From assembly GCF_000186885.1 (NCBI RefSeq), contig NC_014972.1:1200001-1232000 (forward strand): a stretch of 32,000 nt of DNA, read 5' to 3'. Shown in pieces: positions 1 through 8,854 of this stretch. This DNA is from Desulfobulbus propionicus DSM 2032. GTDB taxonomy: Bacteria; Desulfobacterota; Desulfobulbia; Desulfobulbales; Desulfobulbaceae. The translations under genes and the position numbers were made by a program. The first letter of the stretch is position 1. Each line of letters starts with the position of its first letter. The notes under the pieces are model-generated. The model made no database searches. It had not been told where the DNA came from and saw only the letters and a list, made by a program, of their open reading frames with translations.

Positions 1-189
1 AAAACCATCACCTCGCTCAAGAAGGAGTTCCCGGAGGTCAAGATCATTGCCATCTCCGGCGGCGGTCGTATCGGGCCGGAGGCCTATCTGCCGGCGGCGC
101 AGGAGCTGGGGGCGGACAGGGTGTTCAGCAAGCCCTTCGAAGTTCGGGAACTGGTCGATGCGGTCAAGGAGCTACTTGAACATGAATGA
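1..189 (+). CDS. C-terminal fragment of a response-regulator receiver domain protein (5' truncated by window edge)
   Basis: Frame 1 reads KTITSLKKEFPEVKIIAISGGGRIGPEAYLPAAQELGADRVFSKPFEVRELVDAVKELLEHE*, which resembles the end of a REC domain (IAISGG..., conserved K-P in VFSKPF). The stop overlaps the next start. Confidence 0.8.
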   Translation, partial: KTITSLKKEFPEVKIIAISGGGRIGPEAYLPAAQELGADRVFSKPFEVRELVDAVKELLEHE

Positions 190-2146
190 GATATACGCCC
201 TTGTGGTCGACAACAGTCCGGTCATTCGCAGGATTCTTGGCTATGTGCTGGAAGCCGAGGGATGCACGGTGGAGACGGCCGAGGATGGTCTGGCCGCGCT
301 GGATTGCATCGCCAGGCGGCGGCCCGACGTGCTCTTCACCGATCTGATCATGCCCAAGATCGATGGGGAGAAATTGTGTTACATCATCCGCAATACCCCG
401 GAACTCAAGGATATCTTCCTGGTGGTCCTTTCAGGGGTGGCGCTCGAGGACAATACGGCCACCCTGCAAATAGGCGCGGATGTCTGCATCGCCAAGGGAT
501 CGGCGGCCGCGATGATGGTGCACATCAAGGCGGCGTTGCGACGGTTCCAGTGCAATCAGCGCGGTGCAAGCGGCAGCATCGAGGGGCTGGAAGGGTTGTA
601 TCCGCGCGAGGTCACCGCAGAACTGCTGGTCAGCAAAAAACATCGGGAGATCATTCTCGCCCGGATGACCGAGGGGGTAGTCGAACTCAACCACCAGGGG
701 CGGATCGTCATGGCCAACGATGCGGCCCTCACCCTGTTCAACCTGCCCGAGGCGCGGGTTTTGGGCGCTTCATTGCTCCAACTGCTCCCTGAAACCGCTG
801 GAGAACGGGTGCGTGGATGGAGGGAGCAAATCGTTTCTGCCGCTCAGTATGAACCGCTGCTGTTTACCTATGATGAACCGGTGCTGCTCGGTGACCGCCA
901 AGTGACCTGCAATCTGGTGCCGGTGCCTGAAAACGATACCTTTTTCGTGATCGGCATTCTTCAGGATGTCACGGGCAGGAAAAAACTTGAGGTACGGCAG
1001 CGGCAACTGGAAAAGGAATTGCAACGTATCCGAAAACTGGATGCCATGTCCATGATGGCGAGCGGTATCGCCCATGATTTCAATAATCTGCTCACGATCA
1101 TCAACGGTAACCTGGAGATGGCGCGCTACGTCAGCCGCGACGAGAATGTGAGCCAGTTGTTGGGCGAATCGGCCAAGGCGCTTAATCTCACCGCGCAGTT
1201 GATTCGCCAGTTCACCACCTTTTCCGACAATTACCTGCCGCAGAAATCCCAGGTTCAGTTGCGCAGGTTGATTGAGGAGGTGTTGGCCCGCGATCTGGCC
1301 CCCGTTGGGATTCGTTACCAGATCAGGGCCGACGAGGAGGAACTGGCCCTGACGCTGGATCCCGATCTCGTTCGTCAAGTTTTTGTCAATCTCGCCAAGA
1401 ACGCGGTGGACGCCATGGGGACCAGCGGCCGCGTCGAGGTGTGCATCGAGCGGGTGGACGGCAGCGACGAAGCGGCCAGAACCGGCCAACCCGTACCGAG
1501 CGGCGAGTTGGCGCGGATCACTTTTCAGGACTCGGGCCCGGGTCTCGCGCCCTCGATCATCGATCAGGTCTTTGATCCCTACTTTTCCACCAAGCAGAAG
1601 GGGGCGCAAAAGGGGATGGGATTGGGGCTGACCATTGTCCATTCCATCGTCAAGAAACATGGCGGACTGGTCTGGCTCGAATCGCCCGACAGCGGTGGCT
1701 GCATCGTGTATCTCTATTTTCCGCTCCAGGAGGCGGCCATCACCGATCCCCGTCTGTGTGCGGGAAAAGGGTGCGGCAAGCGGATCCTGGTCATGGACGA
1801 CGAGGAAATGATGCGGCTGATCAACAGGAAAATGTTCGAGCATTACGGCTGCAAGGTGAGCGTGGCCTCCAGTGGTGACGAGGCGGTCGCCCTGTTTCGC
1901 CAACAGCTGGCGACCGGTAGCCCTTTCGACCTGACCCTGCTCGACCTGCGCGTCCACAACGGCATGGGCGGATTGGAAACCGCGCGCCAGATCGTGGCGT
2001 TGTGTCCAGAAGCAGCCTTGGTGGCGGTCAGCGGCGACAGCGGCAGTGAGGTGATGCAACGCTACAGCGAGCATCATTTCGTGGCCGCCCTGGCCAAGCC
2101 TTTCTCGATCGATGCGGTCGAAGACCTGATCAACCGTTTGTTGTGA
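182..2146 (+). CDS. Hybrid sensor histidine kinase: REC - PAS - HisKA/HATPase - REC
   Basis: The likely start is the internal ATG at 182 (MNEIYALVVDNSPVIRRILG), not 47. REC motif LFTDLIMP; H-box GIAHDFNNLLTIING; N-box NLAKNAVDAM; G-boxes DSGPGL and GMGLGL; C-terminal REC RILVMDDEE...LTLLDLRV. Confidence 0.9.
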   Translation: MNEIYALVVDNSPVIRRILGYVLEAEGCTVETAEDGLAALDCIARRRPDVLFTDLIMPKIDGEKLCYIIRNTPELKDIFLVVLSGVALEDNTATLQIGADVCIAKGSAAAMMVHIKAALRRFQCNQRGASGSIEGLEGLYPREVTAELLVSKKHREIILARMTEGVVELNHQGRIVMANDAALTLFNLPEARVLGASLLQLLPETAGERVRGWREQIVSAAQYEPLLFTYDEPVLLGDRQVTCNLVPVPENDTFFVIGILQDVTGRKKLEVRQRQLEKELQRIRKLDAMSMMASGIAHDFNNLLTIINGNLEMARYVSRDENVSQLLGESAKALNLTAQLIRQFTTFSDNYLPQKSQVQLRRLIEEVLARDLAPVGIRYQIRADEEELALTLDPDLVRQVFVNLAKNAVDAMGTSGRVEVCIERVDGSDEAARTGQPVPSGELARITFQDSGPGLAPSIIDQVFDPYFSTKQKGAQKGMGLGLTIVHSIVKKHGGLVWLESPDSGGCIVYLYFPLQEAAITDPRLCAGKGCGKRILVMDDEEMMRLINRKMFEHYGCKVSVASSGDEAVALFRQQLATGSPFDLTLLDLRVHNGMGGLETARQIVALCPEAALVAVSGDSGSEVMQRYSEHHFVAALAKPFSIDAVEDLINRLL

Positions 2147-2223
2147 ACGCCTGGTGGAGCGGTTCGCGCCCTTGTTCCCCGTTGCCCCTGGGTGTTGCCC
2201 GTCTTGTCCCTGTTGAGTGATCC

Positions 2224-3234
2224 ATGTATCTTGCCCGTAAGAAGACCGGTTTTCGGCACGTTGGCTACATTCTGCGAGAATCCTACCAAAGCGGCGGGGT
2301 TTTCCTGTCCCGCGATCTGGCCGATTTGGGCCGGGATCCGGGCCGCTTGATCGTGTACAGCGGGGGATCGTCGTTTCACATCGACGAGGAGTTTGTCCGC
2401 CGGCTGCGCGAGCAGGGGGTGACCGCCCCCTACAGCGAGTTGGAGGCGTTGCTCTTTCCCTTTGTCGATCCCTACATCCAGCAGCGGCTGGAGCCCTTCC
2501 GCAACCGTGGCCAGTACCGGGCCTGGCGACCAGCGAGCGAGACCTTGCGCACCCGGGCGATGCGCGAGACCCAGCCCATGGACCGCAGGCGGCTGCATTA
2601 CCTGCGCATGGGACGGACTTCGCCGGAAACCGTGGACAAGACCGCCGCCTTCTACACGGTCCTGCTCGACAAATCGCGCGACGAGATCGAGCAGTTGATC
2701 CATGACCGCGAGCAGGCCCTGCCGCCGCGCGAGTATCACAGCTATCTGTTCGCCATTTTTAATCTGCAGCGGTTTTTCAAGGAAAGCTATGCCCGGTCCA
2801 TTCCCCAGGCCCTCGACCGCGACCGCCTGGACAGCCTGTTTATCGAGGAGATATGCCGAGTGGCCGGGGATGGCGAGTTCTGGCGGGGCTATCCGCGAAC
2901 CGACCGGCTGCCCGACTGTTTGATCCGCTATCTGATCATGTATTTTGATGCCGCTCCCGATGAACCCCTTGCCTGGATGCGGTTCGCCCGCTCTTCGCGC
3001 ACGCGCCGGTTCCATAGCGGCGGCCTGGCGACGGCCGACAAGATCTCGCGCACCCAGGCTTTTGCCCTGTTCGGCCTGAGCGGCGAACAGCTGGCTGGGA
3101 TGCGCAAGAAGGATCTCACCCGCCTCTATCGGCAAAAGGCCCACGAACTGCATCCGGACAAGGGTGGCGACAGCGAGCAGTTCATCCGTCTGACCGCAGC
3201 CTACGAAGAGCTGCTGCCCTCCCTGCGCTCATGA
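2224..3234 (+). CDS. Protein with uncharacterised N-terminal region and C-terminal DnaJ-like J domain
   Basis: C-terminus FALFGLSGEQLAGMRKKDLTRLYRQKAHELHPDKGGDSEQFIRLTAAYEELL carries the HPD motif and J-domain pattern. The stop overlaps the downstream ABC start (ATGA). Confidence 0.8.
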   Translation: MYLARKKTGFRHVGYILRESYQSGGVFLSRDLADLGRDPGRLIVYSGGSSFHIDEEFVRRLREQGVTAPYSELEALLFPFVDPYIQQRLEPFRNRGQYRAWRPASETLRTRAMRETQPMDRRRLHYLRMGRTSPETVDKTAAFYTVLLDKSRDEIEQLIHDREQALPPREYHSYLFAIFNLQRFFKESYARSIPQALDRDRLDSLFIEEICRVAGDGEFWRGYPRTDRLPDCLIRYLIMYFDAAPDEPLAWMRFARSSRTRRFHSGGLATADKISRTQAFALFGLSGEQLAGMRKKDLTRLYRQKAHELHPDKGGDSEQFIRLTAAYEELLPSLRS

Positions 3235-5021
3235 CCGTTACTCCCGGCGGCATTGAAACCGGCAGCGCTGTGCGTGGCGATCGCGAGGCAGACATCGGCA
3301 TGCTGCTGCGGCTGCTCCGGCCCATTTTTCGTACCCATTGGCTGCGCTTGGCCGGCGGTTTTATCGCCCTCGTGACGGTCGATTTCCTCCAACTGATCAT
3401 CCCCCGTTTTGTCAAGGCCGCAGTGGATGGCTTGTCGGCCGGCACCGCCGATACCGCCCGGCTGATCCAACTGAGCGTGTCCGTCTGCCTGGTGGCCCTG
3501 GTGGTGGCGGTACTTCGCTTTACCTGGCGCTATCTGATCATCGGTTTTTCCCGGATTTTGGAAAAAAAGCTGCGTGATCGGCTCTTTGATCATCTGCTGC
3601 GCATGGATCAGCCTTTTTTCGAACGTTGGACCATTGGCGATCTCATGGCCCATGCGAGCAACGATCTCGCCACGGTCCAGATGGCCTGCGGCATGGGACT
3701 GGTGGCCGCGGTGGACGCGCTGGTGATGTCGGCGGCCGCCTTGGGGTTCATGATGGCGATCAGCCTCAAGCTGACCCTGATCGCCCTCCTGCCGATGCCG
3801 GTGCTGATCGTCTGCACCCGCATTCTTTCCGGCCGTCTGCATCACCGCTTCAACCTGGTGCAGGAGCAGTTTTCCCTGCTGACCGAGTTTGCCCGCGCAA
3901 CCCTGGTGTCGGTCCGCCTGATCAAGGCCTATACCCTGGAGCGCTTCCAGGAGGGCCGGTTCCAGCGTCTCGGCCAGGCCTATGTACGCAGCAACCTCAA
4001 GGTGGCCACCATCCAGGGGCTGCTCTTTCCCATCGCCACCCTGGTCGGCAATGTCGGCATGCTGCTCCTGCTCTATTACGGCGGAGCGTTGGTGATCGAG
4101 GGGGCGATCTCCATCGGTTCGTTTGTCGCCTTTGTCAGCTACCTCTACATGCTCATCTGGCCGATGATGGCGGTCGGTTGGGTGGCCAACCTCGCCCAGC
4201 GCGGCATTACCAGCATGCGACGTATCCACCGGCTGCTCACCCAGCAGCCGGTGGTCAGCACCAGGCCGACCGTGGCCCTGCCGCCGGCGGTCGTCACCGC
4301 CTACGCATGCCGGCGACTCAGCTTCACCTATGGCGAGGCCATTCGTCCAGCGCTTCGTGACCTCAACCTGGAGATCGGTCCTGGCCTGGTGGGCATGACC
4401 GGCCGCACCGGTTCGGGCAAATCGACCCTGTGCAAGCTGCTGCTGCGAATGTATCCGGTGGCCGACGGCATGTTGTATTTCCGGGGCGAGGATGTCAACC
4501 GCCTTGCCCAGGCCGACATCCGTGCCTGCATCGCCTATGTGGGCCAAGAACCGGTGGTCTTTGCCGACACCATCGCCGCCAATATTGCTTTTGGCCGGCC
4601 GGAGGCTTCCATGGCCGAGATCGAGGCTGCCGCCCGGGCCGCAGCCATTGACGAGGATATCCGCACCTTCGCCGACGGCTACCAGGCGGTCATCGGCGAG
4701 CGGGGCGTCAAGCTCTCCGGCGGCCAGCGGCAACGGCTGGCCCTGTCCCGGGCCCTGCTGTGCGACCGGCCGATGCTGATCATCGACGATGCCTTGTCGG
4801 CCATCGACGTCGAGACCGAGCAACAGGTCCTGCAGGGCATTCTTGCTGGCCTGGCCGGCAAATCGGTGCTGTTGATTTCCCACCGGATCAACGTGCTGCG
4901 CCACGCCGAGCGGATCGTGGTCCTTGACGAAGGACGGATCGTGGCCGAAGGGCGGCACGAGGACCTGCTCGCCACCCCCTTTTACCGCGTGATGGCGGAC
5001 AAGCAACGAAACGATGCATAA
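3231..5021 (+). CDS. ABC exporter half-transporter (TMD-NBD), MsbA/MdlA-like
   Basis: 596 aa; Walker A GRTGSGKSTL; signature LSGGQRQRLALSRAL; Walker B LIIDDALSAID (Asp instead of catalytic Glu); H-loop ISHR; N-terminal TM region. Confidence 0.93.
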   Translation: MTVTPGGIETGSAVRGDREADIGMLLRLLRPIFRTHWLRLAGGFIALVTVDFLQLIIPRFVKAAVDGLSAGTADTARLIQLSVSVCLVALVVAVLRFTWRYLIIGFSRILEKKLRDRLFDHLLRMDQPFFERWTIGDLMAHASNDLATVQMACGMGLVAAVDALVMSAAALGFMMAISLKLTLIALLPMPVLIVCTRILSGRLHHRFNLVQEQFSLLTEFARATLVSVRLIKAYTLERFQEGRFQRLGQAYVRSNLKVATIQGLLFPIATLVGNVGMLLLLYYGGALVIEGAISIGSFVAFVSYLYMLIWPMMAVGWVANLAQRGITSMRRIHRLLTQQPVVSTRPTVALPPAVVTAYACRRLSFTYGEAIRPALRDLNLEIGPGLVGMTGRTGSGKSTLCKLLLRMYPVADGMLYFRGEDVNRLAQADIRACIAYVGQEPVVFADTIAANIAFGRPEASMAEIEAAARAAAIDEDIRTFADGYQAVIGERGVKLSGGQRQRLALSRALLCDRPMLIIDDALSAIDVETEQQVLQGILAGLAGKSVLLISHRINVLRHAERIVVLDEGRIVAEGRHEDLLATPFYRVMADKQRNDA

Positions 5022-6807
5022 TTTCGGCTATTCGGAAGAGGGGCAGATCGGATCGGTCGGCGACGCACGGCTGTGGCGGCGCATTCTGGGCTACTGCCGG
5101 CAGCATGCGGCCGCGCTGACCGGGGCGGTGGCGCTCAGCCTGGTGATCACCGTGGCCACCTTGGGGATGCCGCGCCTGATGCAGCTGGGGATCGACCAAT
5201 ACATCGTGGTCGAGTCGCTGCCGGGCGCGGCGCGCATCGCCGGGCTGGGTCAGGTGGCCCTGTGGTACGGACTGCTGGTGGGCGTGGTCTTCCTTGCCAC
5301 CTTTTTTCAGGTGGTGCTGCTCGAATGGATCGGTCAATCGATCATGCATCGGCTGCGTCAGGATTTGTTCAGCCACCTGCTGACCCTTGATCTCGGCTAT
5401 TTCCACAACCAGCCCGCCGGCCGGCTGGTGACCCGGCTGACCAACGACATCCAGAACATGCACGAGATGTTCACCTCGGTGATGGTCACTCTGTTCAACG
5501 ACGGTCTCAAGCTGGCGGGTATCTTCTGGTTTCTGGCGATGATGAACGGCCGGCTCGCCCTGGTGATGTCGATCTTCATTCCGCTGGCCACGGTGATCAC
5601 CCTGGTTTTTTCCCGATTCGCCCGCGAGCAGTTCCGCGCCATCCGTTCGCAGTTGGCCAAGATCAACAGTTTCCTCGCCGAATCCCTGGCAGGAGTGGCC
5701 GTGATCCAGGCCTTTGGCGGCCAGGAGCGGAGCAGCCGCGCCCACGGCGGCCTGACCGGGGAATACCTGCAGCGCTCCTTCGATCAGATCAAGCTGTTCG
5801 GCACCTTCATGCCGCTGACCGAACTGATGAGCTCGGCGGCCATTGCCCTGATCATCTGGTACGGCGGCGGCGAGGTCATCCGCCGCACGCTGACCATCGG
5901 CGAACTGGCCGCCTTCATCTCCTATATGCGGCTGTTTTTTCAGCCGCTGCGCGAGCTTTCCCAAAAATATTCAATTGTCCAGTCGGCCATGGCCTCGGCC
6001 GAACGGATCTTCCAGACCCTGGACACCCGCTCGGCCATGCGGGCGCTGCCGACAATCCTGCCGAGCGAAACGGCGGCGTCGGCCGGGGCCATCGAGTTCC
6101 GCGGCGTCCAGTTCGCCTACCAACCGGGCCAGCCGATTCTGCGTGACATCAACCTGCGCATCGCTCCGGGAGAGACCATCGCCCTGGTCGGGTCCACCGG
6201 TGCCGGCAAATCGACCTTGATTTCCCTTTTGGTGCGGTTTTACGATCCAACCCAGGGCGTGGTGCTGGTAGACGGGGTCGATGTTCGCAGCCTGCCTCTG
6301 GAGACCCTGCGACAACGGATCGGCATCATCATGCAGGATATCTTCATCCTGCCCGACACGGTGCGGGCCAACATCATCCTCGATCAGCAGACAGATGAGC
6401 GACGCCTAGCCGATATCCTCGGCCGCACCGGTCTGGACGGCTTTATCGGCCGCCTGCCCCAGGGGCTTGAGACCCGTATCGGCGAGGGTGCGCTCAATCT
6501 CAGTTTGGGCGAAAAGCAGCTTTTGTCCTTTGTCCGCGCCCTCTACCGCGACCCCTCCATTCTCGTGCTCGACGAGGCTACCGCCTCCATCGACACCGAG
6601 TCGGAAAACCTGCTCGAGCAGGCCATTGCCGCCGGCTTCCACGGCCGGACTTCATTGGTGATCGCCCACCGCCTGTCCACCATCCGTCGGGTCGACCGGA
6701 TCCTGGTCATGGAGCAGGGGCGGATTGTCGAGCAGGGCAGCCACGAGGAATTGATGGGCCGGGAGAGTCTCTACCGCGATCTGGTACGGCTCGATGGTCA
6801 GGCGTAG
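5014..6807 (+). CDS. ABC exporter half-transporter (TMD-NBD), MdlB-like
   Basis: 597 aa; Walker A GSTGAGKSTL; non-canonical signature LSLGEKQLLSFVRAL; Walker B ILVLDEATASID; H-loop IAHR; 8-bp overlap with the preceding ABC gene. Confidence 0.93.
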   Translation: MHNFGYSEEGQIGSVGDARLWRRILGYCRQHAAALTGAVALSLVITVATLGMPRLMQLGIDQYIVVESLPGAARIAGLGQVALWYGLLVGVVFLATFFQVVLLEWIGQSIMHRLRQDLFSHLLTLDLGYFHNQPAGRLVTRLTNDIQNMHEMFTSVMVTLFNDGLKLAGIFWFLAMMNGRLALVMSIFIPLATVITLVFSRFAREQFRAIRSQLAKINSFLAESLAGVAVIQAFGGQERSSRAHGGLTGEYLQRSFDQIKLFGTFMPLTELMSSAAIALIIWYGGGEVIRRTLTIGELAAFISYMRLFFQPLRELSQKYSIVQSAMASAERIFQTLDTRSAMRALPTILPSETAASAGAIEFRGVQFAYQPGQPILRDINLRIAPGETIALVGSTGAGKSTLISLLVRFYDPTQGVVLVDGVDVRSLPLETLRQRIGIIMQDIFILPDTVRANIILDQQTDERRLADILGRTGLDGFIGRLPQGLETRIGEGALNLSLGEKQLLSFVRALYRDPSILVLDEATASIDTESENLLEQAIAAGFHGRTSLVIAHRLSTIRRVDRILVMEQGRIVEQGSHEELMGRESLYRDLVRLDGQA

Positions 6808-6847
6808 AACGTGTGAGGAGGCAATTTGGTTCTGGCAATACGGTGTG

Positions 6848-7663
6848 CTACGGCTTTGGGCTGTAGGCTGTGTTGCGGTAGAAGGGGATGGTGCGTTCGA
6901 GCATTTTCTGTAGTTCGCCGTTTTTTTCGATCTGGGCCAGGTACGCGTTGGCCGCGTCGCGCAGGGCGGTGTCGTTGGGGCGGACCGCCCAAGCCAGCGG
7001 TTCACGGGTGAGGGGCGTTCCCCCCGGGGTCAGCCCCTTGTCGACGTAAAGGGAGGCGTAATAGAAATTGGTGGCCATGTCGAAGACAAAGACGTCGATG
7101 GTGTCGGCCACCAGGGCCTGTACCCCTTCGGCCGCCGTGGGGAAGCGGCTGATCGTGCCCTTGGGTTTGAGCATCTTGAGCAGGTTGTCGCCGGAACTTT
7201 CGCCCACCACCCCGAGGCGGACGGATTGTTCGGTCAGGCCTCGGGTCCCCTTGCCAAGTTTCTTGTGATCATCCAGATGGACGAGCGCCACTTGGCCCGA
7301 GATCAGATAGGGGTTGGCGGTGGCCAGTTTCCGGGCATGGGCCTCGGCCACGGTCATCCCGGTCATGAGAATGTCCACCTTCTTGTCCAGCAGCGCCTCG
7401 GCCAGGTCCTGCCGCGGTATCTCCACCAGTTCCAGGTTTCTTTGCATCGAGGCCGCCAGACCGGCGGCAAACTTCACCTCCAGACCAATGGCGACGTCGC
7501 CCTGTTCATAGGCCAGCGGCGGCGCATCCAGGGCGATGCCGACCCGGAGGGGGGCAGGTTCCATCAGCCTGTGGAACAATCCCTTGGTCTGGGAACCGTG
7601 ATGGCAGCCGCCGAGCATGGCGGCGGCGAGGAGGGCGAGCAGGAGGCGGGACAATCGGGTCAT
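6848..7663 (-). CDS. Extracellular solute-binding lipoprotein (periplasmic substrate-binding protein family 3-like)
   Basis: Start at MTRLSRLLLALLAAAMLGGCHH (signal peptide plus lipobox LGGC). Body LRVGIALDAPPLAYEQGD..., KKVDILMTGMTVAEAHARKLATANPYL, LADT-type DVFVFDMATNFYY, GGTPLTREPLAWAVRPND. Confidence 0.8.
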   Translation of the reverse strand: MTRLSRLLLALLAAAMLGGCHHGSQTKGLFHRLMEPAPLRVGIALDAPPLAYEQGDVAIGLEVKFAAGLAASMQRNLELVEIPRQDLAEALLDKKVDILMTGMTVAEAHARKLATANPYLISGQVALVHLDDHKKLGKGTRGLTEQSVRLGVVGESSGDNLLKMLKPKGTISRFPTAAEGVQALVADTIDVFVFDMATNFYYASLYVDKGLTPGGTPLTREPLAWAVRPNDTALRDAANAYLAQIEKNGELQKMLERTIPFYRNTAYSPKP

Positions 7664-7739
7664 GGCGTTGTTCTCTTCTGAAGGCGGACGGCGCGACGTT
7701 TGTTGGGCGGACACGGAAAAGGGGTGGCGAGGTATCCGT

Positions 7740-8222
7740 TCAGCGGGCCGGCACGCCCTTGATCACCCGGCCGGTGGAGATAAACGAAATGCCCTGCTGC
7801 ATCTTGGTGCCGATCATTACCGATTCGATGATCGGCTCGACGACGGCGGCCTTCGCCTCCCACTCGACCAGGAATTTGGCGCCCGAGCCGCCTTTGGATT
7901 CCGATTCCGGGACAATGAACCGGGTGGAACCCAGAGGCTCGATGGTCATGGGTTGCTCCAGATACTGCTGCAGGAGCACCCCCTTGGAATCGTAGTAGCT
8001 AACGCTTTTCAGGGTGAATGGTTTGTCCGGATCAGTGTTGCGCACGCTGAGGGTGGCGGTCAGCAGGAAGGGCGTGTCGCGGTAGCGGTCCTCGGCGTAG
8101 ATGTGCGAATAGATCGGCACATAGACTGTCTGGCCGAGCCATTTGGACAGGGTTTCGCCGGCGACAGGGCGGGTGCACAGGAACAGGGCGCAGAACAGCA
8201 GGACAATGCGTTCGATTTTCAT
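7740..8222 (-). CDS. Secreted DUF3124-family protein
   Basis: 160 aa with signal peptide; VYVPIYSHIYAEDRYRDTPFLLTATLSVRNTD...SVSYYDSKGVLLQQYLEQPMTIEPLGSTRFIVPESESKGGSGAKFLVEW resembles DUF3124. ATGA overlap with the upstream gene. Confidence 0.75.
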   Translation of the reverse strand: MKIERIVLLFCALFLCTRPVAGETLSKWLGQTVYVPIYSHIYAEDRYRDTPFLLTATLSVRNTDPDKPFTLKSVSYYDSKGVLLQQYLEQPMTIEPLGSTRFIVPESESKGGSGAKFLVEWEAKAAVVEPIIESVMIGTKMQQGISFISTGRVIKGVPAR

Positions 8223-8854
8223 GGGCGTATCGGCGGTACGGGTTGTGAACGGTGGGCGGAGAGCAGGGCGGCCGCCACTTCGCGGCTCAGGTCGGCGACG
8301 GCCTGCGAGCCGCTGTCAACATAGCCGGAATACTCCGGTTTGTCGATGGGGCGCGTCTGGCGGAATGTCTTTCGCGCCACAATGGTTTTGCGTACGCTGT
8401 CGCTCAGGGTGTAGACGGCGGTGGTGATGAACTGGCGGCCGTTGCCGCTGAATTCATTGATGTCGACTTCCAGCTGGTAGCGGATGACGCCGTAGCGTGG
8501 GCCGGGGTAGGCGGCGACCTGGTCGGTGGCCAGCAGGTCCTTGAGGTCGGCGACCATCTGCTGGCTGATCTGCTGATCCAGCGGACCGGCCCAGAGGTGG
8601 TTGGCCGAGGCGCGGGCCTCGCCGGAGGTGCGCTGGGTGAGCAGCCCGCGGCCCTGGAGATGCGGCGCCAGCTGTATCGGCATGAGCAGGATCAACTCCT
8701 TGGAGGTGGTAAAATCATGCCCCAGGGGGGGCTGCCGGACCGGCTGCAAGGCATAGAGGATATTGTTGGTCGTGGGTTTGAGGCAACCACCGAGCAGCAA
8801 GGCGCAGACCAGCAGCCATCCCAGGGAACGTCCGACGTTGTTGGCAGTATTCAT
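8219..8854 (-). CDS. ABC-type transport auxiliary lipoprotein (PqiC-like)
   Basis: Lipobox LLLGGC; YALQP..., ANHLWAGPLDQQISQQMVADL, YQLEVDINEFSG match the membrane-integrity-associated transporter lipoprotein pattern. ATGA overlap with the MlaD-like gene. Confidence 0.78.
   Translation of the reverse strand: MNTANNVGRSLGWLLVCALLLGGCLKPTTNNILYALQPVRQPPLGHDFTTSKELILLMPIQLAPHLQGRGLLTQRTSGEARASANHLWAGPLDQQISQQMVADLKDLLATDQVAAYPGPRYGVIRYQLEVDINEFSGNGRQFITTAVYTLSDSVRKTIVARKTFRQTRPIDKPEYSGYVDSGSQAVADLSREVAAALLSAHRSQPVPPIRP

Noticed and set aside
770-2077. 435-aa reverse-strand ORF opposite the hybrid kinase
   Set aside because: Compositional shadow ORF. The + strand frame has full kinase motifs and the antisense frame has none.
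2147-2223. Degenerate GTTGCCC/TTGTCCC-like repeats after the first kinase gene
   Set aside because: Imperfect, very short and GC-skewed, with no sign of CRISPR or a tandem array.
3201-5006. 601-aa reverse-strand ORF opposite the first ABC transporter gene
   Set aside because: Low-complexity His/Gln/Gly/Asp-rich translation with no family motifs, antisense to a well-supported CDS. This is the typical shadow ORF of GC-rich codons.
4888-5964. 358-aa reverse-strand ORF spanning both ABC genes
   Set aside because: Antisense to two real CDSs, Gln/His/Gly-rich, no recognisable domain.
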